NCBI GenBank assembly: GCA_000934665.2
Contig: KZ538621.1
Coordinates: 1-58,237, forward strand
DNA from: Catajapyx aquilonaris
Taxonomy: Eukaryota
Direction: 5' to 3'
Length of the DNA: 58,237 bases
Shown piece after piece: positions 24,768-36,126 of the stretch. The notes under the pieces were generated by a model. It ran no database searches, was not told the DNA's origin, and saw only the letters and a program-made list of their open reading frames with translations. Position 1 is the first letter of the stretch; each line of letters opens with the position of its first letter. The position numbers and the translations under genes are program-made.

Positions 24768-26002
24768 AAATGTAAACAACGGCATTGGCGTTACCTGGCA
24801 ACCAAGCTGTCGAGGGCGTGTTCAGACATAATCATATGGAGGTCGCTTAGGGTTCTTTCTATTGTTACCACTGTTAAGACTGTTCACAGGTAGCAATTGA
24901 TGCTGGGCAACCCAGCAACTACTGGTCTGCAGGCTTACTAATGCATGGCATCGGAATAAGCAGGCTGAGGGGATATTATTTTGAGAAAGTGCTTTACACT
25001 GGCCTTGATTGGGAGTGGATGACATTCACTGTGGAAGTTACATTAAATTCGCAGACAAAAGCATACCGGACTCCTTCCTGATCATTCAGTAACTCCATCC
25101 TGACTCATGCTAGAAAGTCATGATTAGAGTCCAGATGTGTAGGCACTAAAGAACCTCAAGTAGGCACAAAGATTTTACTTTTTCGGGAGTACTATGGGGG
25201 ATAATGTTACAGATAATGAAAAAGCTAGAATAATTTTATAGGCCTAAAGTATCAATATAAGGTCACAAACCATAGCAAAAACCGAATAACAATGATAAAC
25301 TGACAGAAAATCAGAAAACTTGGGCAAATGACATGAAGTGCAAGCAAGTATAACTTGCTCTGGACTCTACTGTTCATAGCCCATTCCTATTTGCACAGTA
25401 TGTTGCCAAAAAATTTTCTTGATTGTCATTAGTGAAACTAATTACTTGGAACGATTTCGGTCCTTTCAGGAGCACAAAAAATTCTCTGCAAAAAATAACC
25501 ATGCCTTGGAAGGAATAAGTCCAGAATAGTCCCAAAAAGTCCCGAAATTGCCTCAAAAAGTTCCAAAACTATCCCAAAAAAGGCAAAATAGGCATGAAAA
25601 GTCGCAAAAAGCCAGAATAGGCAAAATCGTTTCCAAAACCACGAAATAGGCAATTTTAGGCACTATTTTCCACATCCTGCACTTATGAAACGGATAGATC
25701 TCTTCACAAAACCATCCCAACTGTTAAGGAACTAAATAGGCATTTGCCTAAAAATCCGGACTCTAGTTATGATAGTGTGATACAATTATTTGCCTTCTCA
25801 AAATAATATCCCCTCAGCCCGCTTATTCCGATGCCATGCATTAGTAAGCCTGCAGACCCGTCGCTAGGTCGCCCAGCATCACTCGCTACCTGTAAACAGT
25901 GGCAACAATAGAAATAACACTAAGCGACCTCCATATGATGATATCTGAAGACGCCCTCGATGGTGCGGTTGCCAGGTAATGCCAACGCCGTTGTTTACAT
26001 TT
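24768..26002. repeat. Long inverted-repeat element with ~220-bp arms
   Basis: aaatgtaaacaacggcattggcgttacctggcaacc...gagggatattattttgag pairs with ctcaaaataatatcccctc...ggttgccaggtaatgccaacgccgttgtttacattt. Confidence 0.7.
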
Positions 26003-26408
26003 AGGGTATGCAATGGGGTCCTAGCCTACATTGCACAAACCCATGTAAAAAATCGTCCTTATTTTTAAATGAATTTTGGTGTTTTTTGTTTGAAGAAATA
26101 AATATTAGCTTTTGAGCTATGATCGATCGAAGATCATAATAATTATACTGTAGCATATTGCCCTCTGATGTCACTCGGGTCAAAAAAATAAACATGCAGA
26201 GGCAGGAATGTTCCCGGGTTGCATTGTTCCTTTGTTTGTTGCCTAACTACGGAATCAAACGACTGCAAGTAAATCCGAATCAAACGAATGTGAGGCAATG
26301 GCCTGCTGACGTCACTTGGGTCAGAGGCCATGCACCCGTTTTTCCAGCCAATTTGCGAGTGACTTTTAAACCCCCGATAATTTATCGAGAAATGACATTT
26401 TGGAGCCT

Positions 26409-26685
26409 GGGGCGGCATGGTGGTCTAGTGGTTACGCCACTGGCCAGCCAACCAGGAGGCCGGGGTTCAAATCCTGTCCCCGTCACCTCTGCTTGGCCAG
26501 GTCTTTTTCTGCTTTTCACCCGACATGCCGGAGCAGAATTGCACTCCCTTCTGTGCTCGGGGCCAGGAGAAAAGGCCTGGTGTTAAAGAATGTCAGAAAT
26601 GGCTATCGCACGGCGCCCTCCCTTGGGAACGTCCCCTTCCCCCCTAAGAGGGCCACGAGCTCTATCACGGGATAACAACAACAAC
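26409..26685 (+). mobile_element. tRNA-derived SINE family E
   Basis: ggtggtctagtggtta...ggttcaaatcc head; shared tail ccccctaagagggccacgagctctatcacggg; (AAC)n; TSD acattttggagcc. Confidence 0.8.
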
Positions 26686-26792
26686 AACATTTTGGAGCCG
26701 AAAAGTGGTGGAATGCATGTTTATACACATGTATGGTTGAGCTATTCATATACAAATTTCCCAAATCCCAAGCCAAGGCTAGGACCCCATTA

Positions 26793-27141
26793 ATAATAAT
26801 AAAATAATAATGGGTGATGGGCATACCCCTTAGGGGTTTTCAGCCAGACCTTTATTTATTATTTTCGAGGTGTTACAATTTGGAATCCTATTTTTACAAT
26901 GCCTGGGCCCACGGGCAGGTTGGGATGACAGGAGGGGATGTGCAAGTGCAGTGCCTTGTCTGAAATGTGGTCGTTTTGTGAGCTCCCCCGGGTGGATTAG
27001 TTTAAGGAGATTCCACCCGAGACGAAGTCAGACGACTCTTAACTCTGCACGAGATGAAGGGGGTGTCCCGGGTTGGGTTCGAACCCGGGACCTTAACATC
27101 CGTGGGCGCATACGTTACTGCAGCACCACTCCGCCTCCCCA
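26793..27141 (-). mobile_element. SINE family C
   Basis: Minus-strand tRNA head; TSD ctaggaccccatta; homologous to the 44301 copy. Confidence 0.85.
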
Positions 27142-27244
27142 CTAGGACCCCATTATGTCCGGTAGTGTACAACAACCCTACATTGAAAATGACCCTTTAT
27201 TAGTGCTCTGGTGGAGCATTGCATATTAATATCTTCCCAAAAGA

Positions 27245-27500
27245 GGCGACACGGTGGCGTAGTGGTTAGCACCGTAGCCTCCCACCTCTTAAGGTTCCAA
27301 GTTCGATCCCCGGGTCGGACGGAGGATACTTATGTGGATAGAGTTTCGATAAGTTCTGTCCGTGTTCGTGTGGGTTTTCTCGGGGTTCACCCGGTTCCTC
27401 CCACTATCAAAATCCATCACAGCAAAGGCAATGATTAAAGACGTAAGACGAAAAGATGATCCCCTAAGAGCCCCAAGGAGGCCTATCACGGGGTATCCAT
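27245..27500 (+). mobile_element. SINE family D
   Basis: Homologous to the 24346 copy; TSD tatcttcccaaaagag. Confidence 0.85.
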
Positions 27501-27601
27501 TATCTTCCCAAAAGAGAGTTACTTTAATCACACTGCCACAAACATGTAGATCAGCTTGAGCCATGGACAAGGAGCCTAGTATTGACAATATCACACAAGT
27601 A

Positions 27602-28291
27602 GGGGAGGCAGAGTTGTGCTGCGGAAATGTACGGGCCCACAGATGTCCGGGTTCCAGGTTCGATCCCAAGCCCAGCCATTCTTCCCCCCTTCATCTTGTG
27701 CCGAGTTGGGTCGTCTCTGGCTTCGTCTTTGGTGGGATTCCTTGAGACTAACCACCCAGGGGAGTTCACAAAATGTACCTTTTTATTGTACCCTGCGATG
27801 ACCCTTACAGGTTCTTTAGGGAGGTGGTACACCACCATTTTTCCTCAATTTTCTCAGTTAACTTCACTCTGGTGCAGGGAAACAAGGACATTGGGTAAGG
27901 ATAGGGATTTTTGGGGAGGGAACATGGGTGCAAGTGCAATGTCTGAAAAGGGGTCATCGGTCATGTGCTGTCCCCCAGGAGGTTAGGTTGCCAGACACCT
28001 CCCTGGTGCAGGTTAGAGACCCTCCTGACGCAGGTGAAAGGGAAGTTCCCCAGGCGGGGATCGAACCTGGGGCCTTTCACTCAGCAAGCCGAGACGTTAC
28101 CATCTCTGCCACCACACCTCCCCCAAAATGTACCATTATAGACATTGCACTTGCCCTTTGCACATCCCCTCCCAGTCACCCTGACCTTGGACCAGGGTGA
28201 TTCGTAAAAAGGTTCCAAATGTATAAATTGTATGCAAAAGTTTGCAAAAGTCCATGCGATATACCCCAAGAGGGGTGAAAGCACTACCCAG

Positions 28292-28361
<70 letters not shown>
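27602..28361 (+). mobile_element. SINE family C interrupted by a SINE B, with (ATT)n tail
   Basis: Head ggggaggcagagttgtgctgcgg; body resumes at 28135; near-TSD tcacaYaagta. Confidence 0.8.
27780..28124 (-). mobile_element. SINE family B nested in SINE C
   Basis: Reverse complement of the 3778 copy; TSD aaaatgtacc. Confidence 0.9.
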
Positions 28362-28362
<1 letters not shown>

Positions 28363-28466
28363 GTCACATAAGTAACTAGAACCCAGCAGTGTTTTTTGTT
28401 GACCCACTAAAATGATCAAAAACCTGCAGCCCAGATAATGTTACATGCTTCCTTTTTGCTACTTAG

Positions 28467-28857
28467 GTACTCCCGCATCTTATCAGCCTTAATGGATGCT
28501 GTGCGTCGAGTGGCTTCTGAGCACCACCGCACACCTCCTGAGGTGGTTGAGATGGAGAACTTTCATCACATTCATGCGCTCATCTCACGATTGCGTGTCC
28601 CTGCACTAGAACCCTTGCGTAAAGAAGCCAAAGCCTGTTACCAAGACTCACTGCAGGCATATGTCACTCGCCTCTTTGGACGTCCGCTGGACAAGTTGAA
28701 CCTGTTTTTTGAGGGTGTGCAAGCTCGGGTGGCACAAGGGGTTAAGGAATCAGATGTTGCATATCAGATGGCATTTAGCAAACAGGAGCTTAGGAAGGTC
28801 ATCAAGGAATATCCAGCTAGAGAGGTCAAGAAAGGGTTGGAAAGCTTGTACAAGAAG
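28467..28857 (+). CDS. EXOC1: EXOC1/Sec3 coding exon
   Basis: acttag acceptor (phase 2 completes W), aag|gtgaat donor; MENFHH, LNLFFEGVQARVAQGVKE, FSKQELRKVIKEYP, KKGLESLYKK. Confidence 0.95.
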
Positions 28858-29060
28858 GTGAATCATGATATTTGAGAACTTTCTCTGGTGTTGATTGGTT
28901 CATGATGTGCATTTTAATGCAAAATTTCTATTGTCAGTGGGAGGGATAGATGTATAATCTAAACCCATCTAACTGGGTATCTTTCTAGGGATACAGAGAT
29001 GTTAGGTGCAGTTGGGAACAGGTCAAGTAGTAGGTCTCTTCATTGTAAGTTTCTTTTCAG

Positions 29061-29252
29061 GTGGACAAACACCTGAGTGAGGAGGAGAACCTTTTACAAG
29101 TGGTGTGGAGGGCTATGCAAGAAGAGTTCATTCGACAGTACAAGGCCATTGAAGATCTTGTCAGGAGGTGCTACCCAGATTCTGGCATAGCACTTGAATT
29201 TACAATCTCAGATATTCTTGAAATGTTCTCCGAGATTGCCCGTTCACACTGA
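29061..29252 (+). CDS. EXOC1: EXOC1/Sec3 terminal coding exon
   Basis: ttttcag acceptor; [27 protein letters not shown]...CYPDS...FSEIARSH*, the conserved EXOC1 C-terminus. Confidence 0.95.
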   Translation: MDKHLSEEENLLQVVWRAMQEEFIRQYKAIEDLVRRCYPDSGIALEFTISDILEMFSEIARSH

Positions 29253-30793
29253 AGCCCAAAGACACTTATTATTTGCCTTATATTAACTGGTGCAATTTTC
29301 ATCATCAAACACTGAGAATGTCATAGTTTTATATGTTGTTATAATTTGCTTCTGCTTCAGTTAAATTAATGTTTAATCGAATACTGGTGGAGGGTTAGAT
29401 ATATTTTGGACGTACACATATATACAGAGCATGAATTGTACATATTGTTGCCACGTTATTATGAAACTGATATAACCTGAAACCCTAATCTACCTGGTGT
29501 TTCTTGTAGGTCATCCAGTTGCTAACATGCTTGTTGGCCCAATCCTAAAATGTAGGAGTGAGATGTGTGAAGGCACCACCCACTAAGTACTTAAACTATG
29601 ATAAATGCATGCCTTCTCTTAGGCATAGGTGGCAATACACATTACACATTTTTGTAGAGACATTCTGGAAGATTGGGATCCTCAGATGCAGTGGTTCCCT
29701 AGGGAGCAGGATACGAACATGATAACGTTGGCCGGCGATCAAAACCTCGTAACTCCTCAAGACCAAATTTTACAGGAGGGACAAAAAACATTTTGTAAAA
29801 TCATGTTTTCTGTTCATGCTAACAATTCAGGTTTCAGAATTGGTCAATAGATGTCGTTGTGATGTCACTGGAGGTACGAGGATTTGAGTGTATACACGGG
29901 TGATTATTTTTTCGGCTGACCTCACTCGTAAGTCCATTTTCGCGCAAAAATGGAGTTACGAGGTTTTGATCGCCAGCCGACGATAAGAAAGAGATGAGAT
30001 TATTTATCAATATCCCATTAGTCATCAATGAATGTGTGTACAGGGAACTAAAATTTGCCACCTGCTGGCAATAGTAAGGTTATTTTAGCCATGGGTTGTG
30101 TAGGGTTGATGCACACAGTGCTGCCTGAATCCTAGGTCATGCCAGGAAGACAGGCCACGAGCTCTCACACTGCATAATTTTTCTCCGCATTCTCCTCGTC
30201 CGCCCAGCCTCTGTACCACAACTCCTGAGCCACCCATTCCGACCAATGGCACTATGTATGTGATTTGGTGCAAGGAACTAAACTGCCTTTTAGACAGGCC
30301 GATTTTTTGTCCCATGTACACACATTCAATGTCACATTCACATTCTGCTCCATTAGCAGCCACTATTAGTGTGTGGTTAATCAGCCTGCTGATCTCCCTA
30401 TGAACTGGTGTAATGTGTGATGCCATTTGTGTCTATAGTGAAAGACAAATACGTACATGAGGTACCCATTTTACGCCGTTAATTGGTTCCAGCAAAACGC
30501 GGTGTAAAGTGATTCGGCGTGAAACAAGACTAAATTATAATATGAGTAAATGACATAGGTTCCTAAATGTCAAAAAAATATCCCTAAGCAGTACTAATAT
30601 TGCTGTTTTTAATGCCGAATATTTGAAACATTGATTAATGGGAGGTGCCAGGGTGAAGGCCATCGTGTTCTGATGGCTCCTTTCCTTATTTTGGCAAGAA
30701 CTGCAGTACACATTGGGTATTTAACAACGGTTAAAGTAGGCCTACTTCGGGAAGTTCCGAGAGGTGCCGAGACCAACAATACAGTACTGTATA

Positions 30794-31365
30794 TAGGGTG
30801 TTTAGAGTCACGGGTCAAGCGCACGCGAGGGGGTGCGGAAAAATCTTAGGTGGCGACAACCCTGGTCAGTTTTATAAAACAATTAGAAATACGGCAGTAA
30901 TCAATTTATTTATTACGGCTGTACGGCGTGACGTCACATCCTTTCTGTGTTAGAATTGACTGGCGCGGACTGGCAGATTCAGAGGTTTGAACCTGGTTAA
31001 ACGGGTTTTTAGCCTTGTGGGTTGCACCGGAAAAGGCGCTCTCATGCTACACCGGCAGGGTACTGAACACACTACTGTACAGTAGTACACTACTTTGTAG
31101 AGTACTCTGCTGGTGTAGCACAAGAGCGCCTTTTTCAGTGCAACCCGCAAGGCTAAAAAGCCGTTCAACCAGGTTCAACCTGCCCGTCCGGGCCACTCGA
31201 TTCGAACAGAAAGGATGTGACGTCACGCCATATGGCCGTAATAAATAAATAGATTACTGCCGTATTTCTAATTGTTTTATAAAGCCAACGGGGGTTGTCT
31301 GTCGCCACCTATGATTTTTCCCCACCCCCTCGCCCGCACTTGACCCGTGACTCTGAAACACCCTG
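30794..31365. mobile_element. Spacerless palindromic Tc1-type MITE
   Basis: tagggtgtttagagtcacgggtcaag ... cttgacccgtgactctgaaacaccctg|TA; symmetry centre actactgtacagtagt at ~31079. Confidence 0.85.
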
Positions 31366-32807
31366 TATATCAACAGACCCTGCCACAAGGCACCAGGAAA
31401 AGCAAAAGAAGAGACTGTGTGTTTGAACTCAGAAGTGTTGCAGTAATGTATTAATGTTCAGATTGTATTGTTATCTTCAAATTTTTCAAAAATTTGTGAT
31501 ACAAAAATTTTCAAATCTATTATATCAAAATCCTTGCAGTGTATGGCTGAACCCTCTGATTGGTCCGCCACACATTTTAGTTACCACACGCTTCCTATTG
31601 GTCCCCATTAATTGTCACCTTGAAATATTGTTACCATGACACCTCTGATTGGCCCTTGTGTCGTGCATGCACAATGGGGGGTGGGACCTCTTCATTTCCG
31701 TGCTGACTGGCATCAGGTGCACATCTCGGGCGATGTGTCTTCCGTCATCTCTATCCTTCCCCCTCCTCGACCCTTCCCTCCTTCACCTCGAGGGTTTGCC
31801 GAATTTAGTGTCTGGGTATGGTCGTATGCACAAGTGTATAGACGTACGTATGACCTTTGGAATGATGCCGTAATTGATGTTATTGCTTTAGAGCTAGGGC
31901 TAATGGCATAGCCGCAATTCGAACACGGATGTTTTCCGCCCGATTTTTTTTTTTCTTAATACGTTCTATTTTATACAGCCTAAGAATCCGTAGGGGTGGG
32001 GAAACAATAAATTCCCTTCTATTGTTGCACAAGCCTTCCATAGACTGTGTCATAGACTCCCTCGGCCATCTTGCATCAGAGCCACAATCAGAGCCATCAA
32101 TAGCACCTTATTTTTACTACCGCAAGCTATTTGATCAGCGATGTTGCAGTGATTACTACATTGCTGAGCGATGTGAGTTGTAGCGGTTCTGACTTCACAA
32201 CGCAAGTGATAGCGGTTTAACATTGCGTATGTGTTTATAAGCCATTAATGTGCATCGCTTAGGCATTGCCGAAGGAGACAAAGACTATCAGGTTGTTTAT
32301 GGCTGGAATGGGGAACTAGCCTTCATTTTGGAAACTACATAATAAATTCGCCCATATTTTTTTGGCGTATTCCGTTTTAAGATATCAGTTTCAGTTCCGG
32401 AGATATTGGCGTTTTTTCGTAGGCAAATGGTGACGTCACTGTTTGCCTCGAAAATGTTGACGTCACGCGAAGTGAAATGAACGCAAAAATGATGTTATAG
32501 AACGCGCCCCGGCAGGGTCGTAAAATAATTCGTTGTACTGTGCTGAACACGGCTGGACATTTGAGCACTCCCAAGTGTTTACTTAGTTGCCAGATAACGG
32601 GCGAGTTTGTACTCTTAAGCCGCTCAAACCGCTTTGTACGTGGCAGTGATGCCACCAGCTCGGAAATATCTGTCTCCCGAATTAGGCACATAAAGGCCCC
32701 CCTTCTCCACCTCGATGGCCTACAGCCGCCTTGCGAATGCTTTCCGTCGTGTCCGCGGTTAATTCAAAGTCAAATTCCTCGTTTCTCGCAGTCAACCAGG
32801 CATTTCG

Positions 32808-32859
<52 letters not shown>
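32808..32859. repeat. (GAT)n microsatellite
   Basis: Direct trinucleotide repeat. Confidence 0.9.
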
Positions 32860-32860
<1 letters not shown>

Positions 32861-32951
32861 GTTAGGTTTGTTTATGAACCAGGGATACCAAGCGGTGTGC
32901 AGATCGCATATTTCAAACAGACATGAGCAATGTCTTCGCTGATGTCCTCCC

Positions 32952-33890
32952 CAAAGAGCTTATACTAGGAAGAGTGGAAACAACAGCTGGTAGCATAGCA
33001 ACCGTGTCGCCAATCGACTGACCTGCCACCTGGCGAGTCGACAGCGAAACTCGATACTGTATTGTACAATACGGTAGATCGAGGCAGTGCCGGAAATATG
33101 GCAATAAAAGCCCCAGAGGTTGGAAATAAGCTATAAGCACTCGTATACTCTCGTTGGTGTAAAAATTGACGACAAAACACGATGTAGAAGACCTGCGAAT
33201 AAAATACCATCACGAAAAGCAAATTGTTTGCCAGAAGTTTATTGCCACTACAATAATCCCACACTCTGCGCTATACAATACACACCACGGTAGGCTACTG
33301 TACACACTGGTCATGATGCTGAACATGGTCATGACAGGAAGATGATGATAAGATGTACCCCCCGCTGCTATGTCCGTCTTGTGGCGGGACGGGCTTGTTC
33401 TTCTATACCGTGAACTCGAGAGCCGTGGAGGGTCCTTTGGTAATGAAAAGAATGCGATCCGAGACCCCGCGCGCGAACAGCAGTAGTAGCACTCGGCACC
33501 CAACCCCCGACCGTCTACGCCCCACTCTGCCGGCCTTGGAACTTGTTCTATTTCAAAATTCGAACGTGATTTCTAAGCAACGATGTGATTATTTGGATTG
33601 TTAGGTGCAGGGTGGCAAGCTGCGTCGAATATCAGTTTCGAGTCCAAAATTAGTGCCTTAACCGCATACGACCTCATATTGGTCAGTTTTTAGATTTATA
33701 ACTCTTAATTATGTGCCTCTTTATATTAAATCAACACAGTTTATTGAAATTCATCTCGACAGCACTCGACGGTGCCGCCTAGTGGCGCCGCGTAGTGAGC
33801 CATCAGCAAAACACGTTGGCCAAACAACTGGCCAAAAAGTGGCGACGCTTGGAAACCGTTTTTTCCACTCTTCCTAGTATAAGCTCTTTG
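32952..33890 (-). mobile_element. P-element-like non-autonomous transposon with THAP remnant
   Basis: TIR caaagagcttatactaggaagagtggaaa; 8-bp TSD gtcctccc; minus strand CYYCCSR...FFSLPKDPPR resembles a THAP start. Confidence 0.8.
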
Positions 33891-34661
33891 GTCCTCCCTT
33901 CTTAAGCACGATTGCTACATTCAGCCAAAATCATTGCTTACATCGCTGAACAAATCCAATCACTTGCATGTAAACGCGGCAAAATATAGGGGGGGACGGA
34001 GGGTGGGTGGAGGGGTGTTTTCGCATGGTTGTTTTATCCATGCCATCATCACTCGCTACGTCTGAAGCTATTAACAATACGACCTACACTGCCACAAGCT
34101 GCAGGCCTAGAAACAAGCTAGCGAAGCGATGGTTTTTCTAGTGTAATTTTCAAACAGGCGTAAAATAGGTACTTCCTGTATGTCATAATCTGCATCATTA
34201 CTAGTTGATGCTCAACATTTATGGCCCCTAAATTTTGACTTGTATTGGGCTGTTGAGTATGCTGCTGTTCAGGTAACCCACTAGTAAGAAACATCCAGCA
34301 TTACTATGTGCCCCTCGGCTAGAGAAGAGGGTACCGGTAGTGCCAAAACTTGTCACAGTGACGGTAAAACTACTTAAAGGATTCTCCTAATTGTTCACCT
34401 GCCCCTGTCTCAAATGATTGCAACACATTAATTATGTATTGTATGGTACTGTTGTTGAACCTTGAAACATAGACATAAGAAAGGAACACTTGCCAGAATG
34501 AGGATGTTGTGTTTTGGGTATCATAGTTGGCGGATTCATTGAATTGAAGGATGTGTGTAAAAACCTGCGTGATACATCAATATGAATGGTGACATTTCCA
34601 TGGGAACTTGAAAACTGAAATATTGTTGAAGAGATATAATTATAATAATTATAATAATAAT

Positions 34662-34709
<48 letters not shown>

Positions 34710-35087
34710 CTGGGTAGTGCTTATATTGTGTTTTTATTGACATGTTGATCATTGTTAAGTGGTTTATTTTTAAAGGGAATAGTGAGAGGAATCTGAATAT
34801 GCTTATTGTGGGAGGCAGGCTCATTTTCGGAAGCTGAAACATGCCGGCATTCAATTCCTCGAAAAAAAGTAACCCCTATATGCTAGTTTAAGGCGGCGGA
34901 GGGGCATTCCCCTGGATTTCTATAGCGAACAAACACACCCACACACTCACAAACACACTCATTTATAGATATATAGATTTACTCATTCCATCTATCACAG
35001 ATTCTAAAGCACATATCTATTTATGCACTGTCTCATTGTATGGCACACATTTGTACAATGACATTTTTGTGTTTTTAAAATAATGTA

Positions 35088-36126
35088 CCGTCAAACGGGG
35101 TGAACTTCTTCCAAAATTTCTGTTTTACAAAGATATAAGTATGAAGATAATAACCCACAACTGTGAAATTTTTTAATTAGGCGTTGGACAATGCTGGCCA
35201 ATAAGGCGAGTAGAAAAAAAAAAATCCGCCCAAAATACAGAATACTACGTAGGAAAAATGCGGCATCATGGCCAAGTACACCCCACTGCACTGGTTGGGG
35301 TGGACTTGGCCATCTAATTTTCCCGTTATACACTAGGCCTATAATATAATAATAATTATATAATAATCGTGAGTAGTGTGCTTTCACCCTGCCGGGTATA
35401 TCACACGGACCTTTATTGATCTTAATACATGTATACAATGTACACCCGCGAGCATAAACATGGAGACGGCAGGCCCTCACCTTCGGCAGGCTGCTCTGCC
35501 AATTGGAGCTTTTACGGTATCAAATATACTGTCATAAATACACGAACACACACCTGATGCAGCTAACTCGGTCCAAAAAGAGTTCATTAATTTGAGTCGG
35601 ATAAAGAAAGGTCAAAAAAGGGCCTGCTGTCTCCATCTTTATGCTCGCGGGGGTACATAACGAACCTTTCTACAAAACGCCCTGGTCCGCGGACATGTGG
35701 GGAAAAGGAGGTTCCCAGGGGTGACGCTCTTACGTAGTTTCTAGTCATTTCTGAGGGGGGGGGGGGGGGTTCTGAAAAGTAGACTTGACGTCAGTTATGG
35801 GTTAAAAGGACCGCACTCTGGTTCACATTTCTGAAACTTGTCACCCTCTCCCCCCTGTAGTCATCTTGGATATGGCTACGGGCCGTTTTTCTGTCGGAAT
35901 ATGCTGACCCAGCATGGAATTTTTACGTTTTCGGAAGCCTAATTATTTGAACTACACTTTCTGTATGTGAAAAGTCCAATATAACAATTTAGCTGATAAG
36001 CAGAGATTTACATATACCGTTGGAGCCACTCAGGCTGTTTCGACCACCTCAGTATTTAAGGGTTAACGAGGTTTTTGGAATTGTGGCCAAGTTCACCCTG
36101 GCGCCCAACGTCATCCCATTTGATGG
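35088..36126. mobile_element. Degenerate pogo-like MITE with nested IR
   Basis: ta|ccgtcaaacggggtga ... tcatcccatttgatgg|ta; inner IR ~35440-35478 / 35620-35657. Confidence 0.45.
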
